IMG/VR virus record: IMGVR_UViG_3300042908_000680
Location: 1 to 64,000 of that record
Length of the DNA: 64,000 nucleotides
Direction: 5' to 3' (one strand)
DNA from: a virus
The notes under the pieces were generated by a model. The model was not told where the DNA came from, did not search any database, and saw only the letters and a list, made by a program, of their open reading frames with translations. The number at the start of each line of letters is the position of its first letter. Position 1 is the stretch's first letter. Of the stretch, positions 28,908 through 35,993 are shown piece by piece. Position numbers and translations under genes: made by a program.

Positions 28908-28968
28908 TTGGCACGAAAATCGCGGCCCGCCCCGTTCGCCCTAAACCCTTGTCAGATATAGAGTTACG
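28908..28968. repeat. variant element 7: TTGGCACG box + GC spacer + single palindrome (28940-28968)
   Basis: Near-copy of 26566-26626. Confidence 0.8.
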
Positions 28969-29162
28969 TCAACTATTCACAATCCAAGCCGCTATACATC
29001 CGATCACGAATGAAATAGAAAGAACAATCGCATCACCTGTACGCATATTCACTTCCTTATTGGAAAAACAAGATCAGAAACAAGGTAAGAACCAACAACG
29101 CCAATAATAAATCCCACACCTATTTGTACCCAGTTAATATCGACCATCCGTGATCCCTTTCT

Positions 29163-29465
29163 TTAAGAAATAAGTACCATATTATCTTCAAACGGAGTAC
29201 CATCACGCAAAAACCATTCAAAGTTTTTCTGGTACACATTCACGGGGCTATACTGATTAATACGCTTTTTAGTAGTGCTGGTTCGATATCCACCGCTGCT
29301 CAACTTAACCAGCCCGTTAGGATAAAAAACCACCACCTTAGTACCGTGCAACTCAATCGCCACACTTCCGTCATGTTCAATATAAGCGTATGTATTATTT
29401 CCCACCTTACGTTGACCGCGATTAGTCTTGCCCAAAACCATCTTTGTTGCTTCAGCGTGATTCAT
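29163..29465 (-). CDS. conserved phage hypothetical protein
   Basis: LHGT...GGYRTSTTKKRIN...VYQKNFEWF motif. Confidence 0.7.
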   Translation of the reverse strand: MNHAEATKMVLGKTNRGQRKVGNNTYAYIEHDGSVAIELHGTKVVVFYPNGLVKLSSGGYRTSTTKKRINQYSPVNVYQKNFEWFLRDGTPFEDNMVLIS

Positions 29466-29658
29466 TTTCTTTTCCTTTGGTTACTTCTCTTATATCGACA
29501 TTCTATCGTCTAGATTTTAGTTGTCAAGCGGATTCTCGCTGACAACGCTGACTACCACATGATCCGGCCACTTTGGCCGAGACTTCCCAGTTTGCCCAAA
29601 CCGCCCAAACCCCCCATTTTGCCTAGATTACCCACCTTGCCTATCTTACCAAAACCCC

Positions 29659-29985
29659 CTATTCTTCGTGAAATGCGGAGATTTCCTGTCCTGCCACAGC
29701 GTACATCTCATACATACTACGCAAAGCCTCTACCCTCTCTTTGCTTCCCGGTTTGCCTACCTTATGCTTCATGAGGTCACTACCCCCCACAAGGCGGGGA
29801 TCGACTTTCTCTTTCTTCATCTTGCCCATATTTCGCAAAGCCGTTTTATTAAACTTGATTACCTTTTCGCTCTTGATTGGCCCATATTCGCCATCGGCTA
29901 GGCTAGGCTGATGAGGAACGGCGATTCCCAAAAAGCATGAACGAATCTGACGTTCGGCATCGCGGATAATCTTAAACTTTTTCAT
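29659..29985 (-). CDS. hypothetical protein
   Basis: AAGGA RBS; PGSKERVEALR motif. Confidence 0.55.
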   Translation of the reverse strand: MKKFKIIRDAERQIRSCFLGIAVPHQPSLADGEYGPIKSEKVIKFNKTALRNMGKMKKEKVDPRLVGGSDLMKHKVGKPGSKERVEALRSMYEMYAVAGQEISAFHEE

Positions 29986-30002
29986 TTTTTGTTTTCCTTG
30001 TT

Positions 30003-30131
30003 TCAAGAGTTCATGAACCGAATAGCATCTTGGGAAGTCTTAAAAACCCCCAACAGTTTACGCTTTCCGTTGGCTTCGGAATATACCTTATACTTGTTTC
30101 CGACTACGATCAAAACCTGAGTCATTTTCAT
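30003..30131 (-). CDS. 42-aa micro-protein (paralog of 32173-32301)
   Basis: MKMTQVLIVVGNKYKVYSEANGKRKLLGVFKTSQDAIRFMNS, translated by hand; GAGGA RBS. Confidence 0.6.
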   Translation of the reverse strand: MKMTQVLIVVGNKYKVYSEANGKRKLLGVFKTSQDAIRFMNS

Positions 30132-30357
30132 TTCCTCTTTCTTATCTATCGACATTCTAGCGTCTAATCTTGAATATGCAAGCGGAAAAACTTACGATTT
30201 TTCTTTTTCGTTTTTCGATTCTTCGAACCGCTTTTGATTTTCACGATTCTGACGATCTATCTCCAACAAACGGAGTTCAACGTCAACATATCCTTCCCGA
30301 TTGTCACGGGAATAATCATAACCATCATCGGAATATCTATAAGACTTTCTCATACTA

Positions 30358-30504
30358 TCAACCTTTCATGCTTTCAAAAAACTTACGAACCATTTCATCA
30401 TTCTTTTTCATATCCTTATTCACAATCGGCATATTGTATGCAACTTGCCTATTGTTTTCATTCTTGATTCTCTTAATCGCATTTTTCATTGTCTTATTCA
30501 TCAT
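30358..30504 (-). CDS. small basic protein
   Basis: ORF directly downstream of the sigma54-like box at 30538-30554. Confidence 0.45.
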   Translation of the reverse strand: MMNKTMKNAIKRIKNENNRQVAYNMPIVNKDMKKNDEMVRKFFESMKG

Positions 30505-30537
30505 CTTAAACTCTCTCTTTCTTATGCTATATATAAG

Positions 30538-30554
30538 AGCAACTACCGTGCCAA
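30538..30554 (-). promoter_or_regulatory. sigma54-type -24/-12 promoter
   Basis: TTGGCACGGTAGTTGCT matches YTGGCACG-N4-TTGCW. Confidence 0.6.
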
Positions 30555-30624
30555 ACATAGATTATTTTTTTTTGCGTTTCGCTCGGGAAAAACGCTATGA
30601 CATTTTTTGTGCTTAGATATTGAG

Positions 30625-30705
30625 CGTAGCATTTTGCAACACCCTGTAGCATTTTGCGTTAGTGATTTCAGCCGTGAAACTGTGGTAGTGTAGCATTTTG
30701 CAACG
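30625..30705. promoter_or_regulatory. three quasi-palindromic YGTAGCATTTTGC(AACR) boxes, enhancer/operator-like
   Basis: Copies at 30625, 30645 and 30689. Confidence 0.55.
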
Positions 30706-30755
30706 GTCTACCCATCTTAACATGCCTCTTTTTTAGGCGTGGAATTTTTTATTTT

Positions 30756-30772
30756 TTGGCACAGCCTTTGCG
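30756..30772 (+). promoter_or_regulatory. sigma54-type -24/-12 box
   Basis: TTGGCACAGCCTTTGCG. Confidence 0.55.
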
Positions 30773-30783
30773 TCGATACTCGC

Positions 30784-30865
30784 CCTAAGTCCTTATGCTA
30801 TAAGGGTTTACGTCAAATCTGGGGGGCCGGATTCGCCCTAAGTCCTTTGGTAGTAAGGGTTTAGG
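30784..30865. repeat. palindrome-doublet element 8 (spacer inverted)
   Basis: CCTAAGTCCTT-ATGCTAT-AAGGGTTTACG / 24 bp / CCTAAGTCCTT-TGGTAGT-AAGGGTTTAGG. Confidence 0.9.
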
Positions 30866-30876
30866 TCAAATCCTAG

Positions 30877-30916
30877 GGCAAACCGTGTGCCATTCGCGCT
30901 TGGCACGGGATTTGCT
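30877..30916. promoter_or_regulatory. back-to-back sigma54-type boxes (minus 30877-30893; plus 30900-30916)
   Basis: ATGGCACACGGTTTGCC (minus) and TTGGCACGGGATTTGCT (plus). Confidence 0.55.
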
Positions 30917-31100
30917 ACGCGAAATACTGCTCTCCCCAAAAGTCCTCATCATACCCCTCTTCCTCATCTTCCTCATCTTCACCGGGAACACCGTAACCTA
31001 CCAAAAATACCTCACCCTCTTCGTTTGCCATTTCTTCCCAGCCCTTGTAGATATCCTCTTCGTTGATTTCGCTCATATCGTATACAAAGTCGTTGGTCAT
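30915..31100 (-). CDS. highly acidic small protein
   Basis: EDEEDEEEGYDEDF; promoter at 31131-31159. Confidence 0.6.
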   Translation of the reverse strand: MTNDFVYDMSEINEEDIYKGWEEMANEEGEVFLVGYGVPGEDEEDEEEGYDEDFWGEQYFA

Positions 31101-31339
31101 TTTCTTTTTCCTTTTGAAGTGATGAAATGGATTCTACAGTATCTTATCGGCAGAGTCAAGAGCGATTCTTGAAATATTCTTGGATTCTTTTTTCGTCCCT
31201 ATGATTCTCAAAAACCGTCACAACCTCAACATAAAAAACATAGACCAAAGCACCGATAAAAATCATTCCGATCATTTTCTTTTCCTTTCCCTTATATCGA
31301 CATTATACAGACTTTTCTTGAATCGTCAAGAGGATATTT

Positions 31340-31531
31340 TTACGATTTTTCGATTTCGTTTTCCGAAACTAGCATCGTATCACCAGCACTATAGGCAAAC
31401 CTTGAACCCTTGAAAGATACGCTATGGTCTAGCCTCAGTTCAAAGATTCCACGATTGGTGCATTCTCTTACGATATATCCAGAAACCTTTTTGGTTTCAT
31501 ATGCTGATCGAACGTTGCAAATCACTTTCAT
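31340..31531 (-). CDS. small SH3-like hypothetical protein
   Basis: AAGGA RBS; promoter at 31559-31586. Confidence 0.55.
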   Translation of the reverse strand: MKVICNVRSAYETKKVSGYIVRECTNRGIFELRLDHSVSFKGSRFAYSAGDTMLVSENEIEKS

Positions 31532-31622
31532 TTCTCTTTCCTTTTCTCTTATATCGACATTATACCAGAAAATCTTTAGCCGTCAATACTGTACAAATGT
31601 TTTTTCAAGATATTTTTATGCT

Positions 31623-31639
31623 AGCAAATACCATGCCAA
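31623..31639 (-). promoter_or_regulatory. sigma54-type -24/-12 box
   Basis: TTGGCATGGTATTTGCT. Confidence 0.55.
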
Positions 31640-31688
31640 AGATATTTTATTCCCTTAAACACCTCATCGATACGATGTCCTCATTAGC

Positions 31689-31770
31689 CGTAAGTCTATA
31701 TACAGTAAGGGTTTACGTCAAACGCGGCCCGCCCGATTTGCCCTAAGTCCTTATAGGGTAAGGGTTTACG
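31689..31770. repeat. palindrome-doublet element 9
   Basis: Sites 31689-31717 and 31742-31770; spacer TCAAACGCGGCCCGCCCGATTTGC. Confidence 0.9.
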
Positions 31771-31895
31771 TTCAATCTTCTACAGTCATACAGATGTACA
31801 GTAGTCCAACGTACACGCATACGAATACTAGAATGGGCATTCTATTGTCTCCCTATTGTGGGGGGTGCTTACCGGTTTAGATTAGATAGTACGCT

Positions 31896-32111
31896 CTAGG
31901 CTGCGTGAATGAACACCCGTTCACTCTTGGTCTGATTCGTGATGGTTACGATCCAGTTGCGACCACTACCATCCTCACGCATGACAGCATTGATAAGGCC
32001 AGCATATACCCTACCCTTCGGGTCGATCACACTGGTATACTTACCAGCGATCATAGATGCGAAGATAGTGTTGAGGTTATTCTTACGGACAGCGTATGCA
32101 GTGCCAAACAT
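31896..32111 (-). CDS. hypothetical phage protein (REDGSG motif)
   Basis: Own promoter at 32148-32176. Confidence 0.6.
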   Translation of the reverse strand: MFGTAYAVRKNNLNTIFASMIAGKYTSVIDPKGRVYAGLINAVMREDGSGRNWIVTITNQTKSERVFIHAA

Positions 32112-32172
32112 TTTCTTTTTCTTTCTTAGGGTTGGATAACTGTGGATATTATATCTATCGTCTATCTATTTG

Positions 32173-32301
32173 TCAAGCGTTCATGAATCGTTCGGCCTCA
32201 GTCGAACTATTGAAAGAGCCTAGAAGCCTACGCTTACCATTGCCCATATCCTTGTATACCTTGTATTTCTTTCCTACTACGATCAGCACAAGCGTTGTCA
32301 T
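32173..32301 (-). CDS. 42-aa micro-protein (paralog of 30003-30131)
   Basis: MTTLVLIVVGKKYKVY...; own promoter at 32330-32358. Confidence 0.6.
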   Translation of the reverse strand: MTTLVLIVVGKKYKVYKDMGNGKRRLLGSFNSSTEAERFMNA

Positions 32302-32377
32302 TTTCTTTTCCTTCTCTTTCTTTTGCTCTATTATATACATCGGCTTTCGCCGTGTCAAGCCTATAGAAAATATTTTT

Positions 32378-32542
32378 TCAGTTATTGGAAGCGGGAAGCC
32401 TACGAACGATATAAACCCTGCAACCATCCTCACCATCCCATTTATCGAAAGCGGCAGTATTGGCCGCATCCTCACTAGTGAAAGGGCCGATGAAGTCTAG
32501 TTCACAATCCCAAGCGTCTACGATTTGAGCGAAGTATGTCAT
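32378..32542 (-). CDS. small hypothetical protein
   Basis: Own promoter at 32571-32599. Confidence 0.55.
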   Translation of the reverse strand: MTYFAQIVDAWDCELDFIGPFTSEDAANTAAFDKWDGEDGCRVYIVRRLPASNN

Positions 32543-32602
32543 TTTCTTTTCTCTTTCTTTCTTTCTCTCTATTATATCTATCGTCTTTTCCCGTGTCAAG
32601 CC

Positions 32603-32797
32603 TCAAGCAAAAAGATTTTCGGAAGTTTGAGTCATCATGTCAACGTACATGCTACGGTATCCAATACCTTCATTCCGCGAACTATCTTCAATCATGATTC
32701 GGATCATTTCACGACCCTTGACCATTTTCTTTTCTACAATGAAGCCCGTATAAGTCTTGCCATTGTAGGTTGTCTTGATTTCAGTGTTGATTGTCAT
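32603..32797 (-). CDS. small hypothetical protein
   Basis: Own promoter at 32829-32856. Confidence 0.55.
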   Translation of the reverse strand: MTINTEIKTTYNGKTYTGFIVEKKMVKGREMIRIMIEDSSRNEGIGYRSMYVDMMTQTSENLFA

Positions 32798-32915
32798 TTT
32801 TCTTTCTCTCTTTCTTTCTTATGCTCTTATTATACCATACTTATCGGCCATGTCAAGTGGCAATCTAAAATATTTTTGAATATAATCTTGTGCCAAAGCA
32901 AGAAATATTCTCTAG

Positions 32916-32932
32916 AGCAAATGCTGTGCCAA
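32916..32932 (-). promoter_or_regulatory. sigma54-type -24/-12 box
   Basis: TTGGCACAGCATTTGCT. Confidence 0.55.
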
Positions 32933-32979
32933 ATATATTATTCTCTTAAACAGAACATCGTGTCGATCATATGATTAGT

Positions 32980-33022
32980 CGTAAGTCTATATATACCAAG
33001 GGTTTACGGCGAACGCGGCCCA
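32980..33022. repeat. truncated element 10 (one palindrome 32980-33008 plus partial spacer)
   Basis: CGTAAGTCTAT-ATATACC-AAGGGTTTACG-GCGAACGCGGCCC. Confidence 0.8.
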
Positions 33023-33236
33023 CCACATACCATCATGTTAAAATAGGGGATATAGGGGGGTTTTATCTTATAAGTAGTCTAGGCAAGATACGTCGAAAAA
33101 ACCGGGGGTGGTCCATTCACAATTGGAAATATATAAACTAATGTACTACCCAATCCTCCCCCATCGCCCCTATTTGATCCATTTAATCTGTCAATTTATC
33201 GCTATGCGGTGTATAATGTTGTATAGGAGACTTTTT

Positions 33237-33407
33237 ATGAAAAAGAAACAAACAATTGAAACGCAATTGGATTGTCGCGCTACCGCTTCTTTACAGCAAC
33301 AAATAGAATCTGACTTAAATCAGACGGATAAATCACTAGCATCGTTACTCTCCAATAAGGATAAGGATACTGAAGAGGATAACGATGAAACCAAGTCAAG
33401 CGATTGA
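33237..33407 (+). CDS. small hypothetical protein, first gene of the plus-strand region
   Basis: AGGAGA RBS; GTGTATAAT at 33209. Confidence 0.55.
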   Translation: MKKKQTIETQLDCRATASLQQQIESDLNQTDKSLASLLSNKDKDTEEDNDETKSSD

Positions 33408-34164
33408 GACTGTAGTAAATCAAGACGGAACTAACGATCTTTTACTATGCGGCATTTCTAATCTATTTAAAGCTTCTTACGACTATTCAGCCGCCGTTTA
33501 TAACAAGCTTATTACTGAAGATAACTCAATATCTAATGTCGTTGGATATGGTGAAGACAATAAATTCTTCTATATTCTAGAAACATACGGCCCCAACAAT
33601 AAAGTTGTTAGATACGAGCATGGTCTTGGCTATGCTTACCAGCAAGACGATAAAGCTTATTTTAAAAGATTTCTTCAAATATATAGTGGTAGCCGAGTAG
33701 AAGAGAAATCAGTTTGTTTTAAACAGACCGACTATTTCCCCTGTGATAAAGACCTAGTAACAGTATTACGTTCAACTCTTCCCGAACATTATTTCATGTG
33801 CTTATATGAAGATAATTGTGTCTTATCTTCTACCGGCCCGTTTGTTGCTAGCTCAATCAAGATTAAAGAAAATTCTTTCTTAGCTCGCGTTAACGATAAC
33901 GATCTTTCTAGCGTATCGTTCGATAGTAAAACATTTAGCGATATTATTGCTGAAGCTTTAAATAAGTATGCTAAACAACTATTGCTTAAAACTTCAAGAC
34001 TTAGCGTTAACAAGCTATCGGTAAAGCAGTTGCAATTAGAGCCTTCTAGTGATACTAGCGTTAAAAAAGGTACTTTTATATACGACGAAACAACGGACAC
34101 CGTTAAGTTCTATAACGGTTCGAAATGGAGAACATTACTGTGGGCAGAAGACGAGTCGGAATGA
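33385..34164 (+). CDS. hypothetical protein
   Basis: 259-aa ORF; C-terminal GTFIYDETTDTVKFYNGSKW resembles fibre-protein motifs. Confidence 0.65.
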   Translation: MKPSQAIETVVNQDGTNDLLLCGISNLFKASYDYSAAVYNKLITEDNSISNVVGYGEDNKFFYILETYGPNNKVVRYEHGLGYAYQQDDKAYFKRFLQIYSGSRVEEKSVCFKQTDYFPCDKDLVTVLRSTLPEHYFMCLYEDNCVLSSTGPFVASSIKIKENSFLARVNDNDLSSVSFDSKTFSDIIAEALNKYAKQLLLKTSRLSVNKLSVKQLQLEPSSDTSVKKGTFIYDETTDTVKFYNGSKWRTLLWAEDESE

Positions 34165-34649
34165 AGATACCTAAAAATATGACAGAACAACAAGTGATAG
34201 ATCAGATTAACATTGTCGTTAATAGGATATCATCACGATATACTTTTCATGGGTATGAGGTTGAGGATATAAAACAAGAAGCTTTTATTATTTGCATGGA
34301 TGCGCTAGAACGTTATGATCCAAGTCGCCCCTTGGAGAATTTCTTATCAGTACACTTATCTAATAGGCTCAAAAACTTCGTTCGTGATAATTTCTATACT
34401 AAAGATGAAGAAGAAAAGAAGAAGATCCTAAAACCCAGCAGTTTATCTTATGAAGATTATGTTCCTCATGAAGAAAAAGTTGAGGATGACAAAATAGACG
34501 CCCAAGCCCTACAAAAGACTATTGATATGAGATTACCAGCAGAATACCGATCTGATTACCTAAAAATAATTAATGACGTTTACGTTCCAAAGAAGAGAAG
34601 AGAAGAAATCATTGCGATAATCAAGGAGTTGATTGATGAAGAAGGGTAG
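34161..34649 (+). CDS. phage RNA polymerase sigma factor (sigma70 region 2-like)
   Basis: EDIKQEAFIICMDALERYDPSRPLENFLSVHLSNRLKNFVRD. Confidence 0.75.
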   Translation: MKIPKNMTEQQVIDQINIVVNRISSRYTFHGYEVEDIKQEAFIICMDALERYDPSRPLENFLSVHLSNRLKNFVRDNFYTKDEEEKKKILKPSSLSYEDYVPHEEKVEDDKIDAQALQKTIDMRLPAEYRSDYLKIINDVYVPKKRREEIIAIIKELIDEEG

Positions 34650-35421
34650 AATTTCTAAAGACGAAGAGCGTACTATTGGTAGGCTAATTAATAGCTTAAC
34701 AGTAGAAGACATTGCCAAGCAACTCGACCGAGACGTTGAATCTGTTGACAACTTCGTTAAACGTAAGTTCAAGGTTGGATTGTCAAACGAAGAAGCCGCC
34801 GCATACTCTCTAGAAGATCGCCCCTACTGGATTGAATTAGAGAACCAGTTTACTCCTTCAGAACTAGAGCTTTTTAAGTATCACTGGTCGCGCATAATCT
34901 CACAGTTCAAGGATGATGTATTTCCAACAGAAGAACTACAGGTAGTAGATGTTATTAAGCTAGAAATACTTATGAACCGCTGCTTAAAGAGTAATAAAGA
35001 TAACCTTAACGAGATGACCACTTTAGAAAAAATGCTAGCAGATGAGCGCGCCGTCGATAAGGATCAGCGTGACCATGACTACGTTTTAAATCTAGAGCGT
35101 CAACTAGCTTCATTACGGGCTTCGCAAGAAGCCCTCAATAGGGACTATCGTGAACTCCAAAGCAAAAAAGCCAGTATGTTACGAGAGATGAAGGGAACCA
35201 GAGAGCAGAGAATCAAGCGACTTGAAGATAGTAAGCAAAGCTTTACATCTTGGGTTGCTCACCTTATGCAAGACCCAGAAACGCTAAAGCGATACGGTAT
35301 CGAAATGGAAAAGATGAGACTTGCTATGCTTAAAGAGAAAGAACGTTTAAGCCAGTTCCATCAATACGAGGACGGGCAGATTGATCAGCCCTTCTTAACG
35401 CCAGATACGGTAATAGACTAA
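34636..35421 (+). CDS. HTH plus coiled-coil protein; terminase small subunit candidate
   Basis: N-terminal TVEDIAKQLDRDVESV HTH and long coiled coil; upstream of TerL (function inferred). Confidence 0.4.
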   Translation: MKKGRISKDEERTIGRLINSLTVEDIAKQLDRDVESVDNFVKRKFKVGLSNEEAAAYSLEDRPYWIELENQFTPSELELFKYHWSRIISQFKDDVFPTEELQVVDVIKLEILMNRCLKSNKDNLNEMTTLEKMLADERAVDKDQRDHDYVLNLERQLASLRASQEALNRDYRELQSKKASMLREMKGTREQRIKRLEDSKQSFTSWVAHLMQDPETLKRYGIEMEKMRLAMLKEKERLSQFHQYEDGQIDQPFLTPDTVID

Positions 35422-35993
35422 TGAACAGACTAGATATAATCAAAATTCTTATTAAGAAATCGCAAGCTGAAAAATATCTAGAAATAGGTACAAAAGATGG
35501 CTATGTCATAAATAATATACAATGTAAATATAAAGTTGGGATTGATCCTGACCCAAACTCATCGGCTACATTTCATATAACTTCTGATGAGTTTTTTGCT
35601 TACCACAATAAAGATACATTTGATGTTATATTCATAGACGGTTTACACCATTATTATCAAGTTCTTAGAGATATAAAAAACTCACTTAAAGTATTAAATC
35701 CAAATGGATATATAATATGTCACGATATAAATCCAACTGAAGAGTACTTACAGACAGTTCCTAGGAAGCACGAATCTTGGATGGGTGACTGCTGGAAAGC
35801 GTGGGTAATAATCAGATCACAAATGCCAAATTTAACAATGAAAGTTTTAGATGTAGATTGTGGATGTGGAGTTATCAAGTTTGGATCTCAAGAACTTATA
35901 CAGTTAGATGAAGAGCTTAACTGGGACAATTTAGTTAAAAATAGAAAAACTTGGCTCAATCTCGTATCCATGGGGGAGATATACTCTTTATGA
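35421..35993 (+). CDS. class I SAM-dependent methyltransferase (Methyltransf_24-like)
   Basis: YLEIG, FDVIFIDGLH and GYIICHD motifs. Confidence 0.85.
   Translation: MNRLDIIKILIKKSQAEKYLEIGTKDGYVINNIQCKYKVGIDPDPNSSATFHITSDEFFAYHNKDTFDVIFIDGLHHYYQVLRDIKNSLKVLNPNGYIICHDINPTEEYLQTVPRKHESWMGDCWKAWVIIRSQMPNLTMKVLDVDCGCGVIKFGSQELIQLDEELNWDNLVKNRKTWLNLVSMGEIYSL

Larger units (their letters stand above)
11027..32856 (-). promoter_or_regulatory. dispersed set of more than 20 sigma70-consensus early promoters
   Basis: TTGACN-16/17-TA(T/G)NNT at 11027, 13375, 14951, 16486, 18469, 18730, 20447, 21201, 22764, 24023, 24675, 26484, 27792, 28836, 29500, 31131, 31302, 31559, 32148, 32330, 32571 and 32829 (left coordinates). 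Confidence 0.8.

Noticed and set aside
29559-29774. Pro-rich plus-strand ORF
   Set aside because: Product of the 9-bp periodic tract, antisense to the local transcription direction.
17091-31770. Elements as simple Rho-independent terminators
   Set aside because: The arms are often mismatched while spacing is invariant, and most lack an adjacent U-tract. The pattern fits dsDNA-binding sites better, though termination is not excluded.
17041-33022. CRISPR array interpretation of the palindromic repeats
   Set aside because: The elements are about 1-3.5 kb apart, the 24-bp spacers are homologous to each other rather than unique, and no cas genes are present.
17041-33022. Classical integron attC sites or IS/MITE ends
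   Set aside because: No RYYYAAC/GTTRRRY boxes, no target-site duplications and no integrase or transposase in the window.
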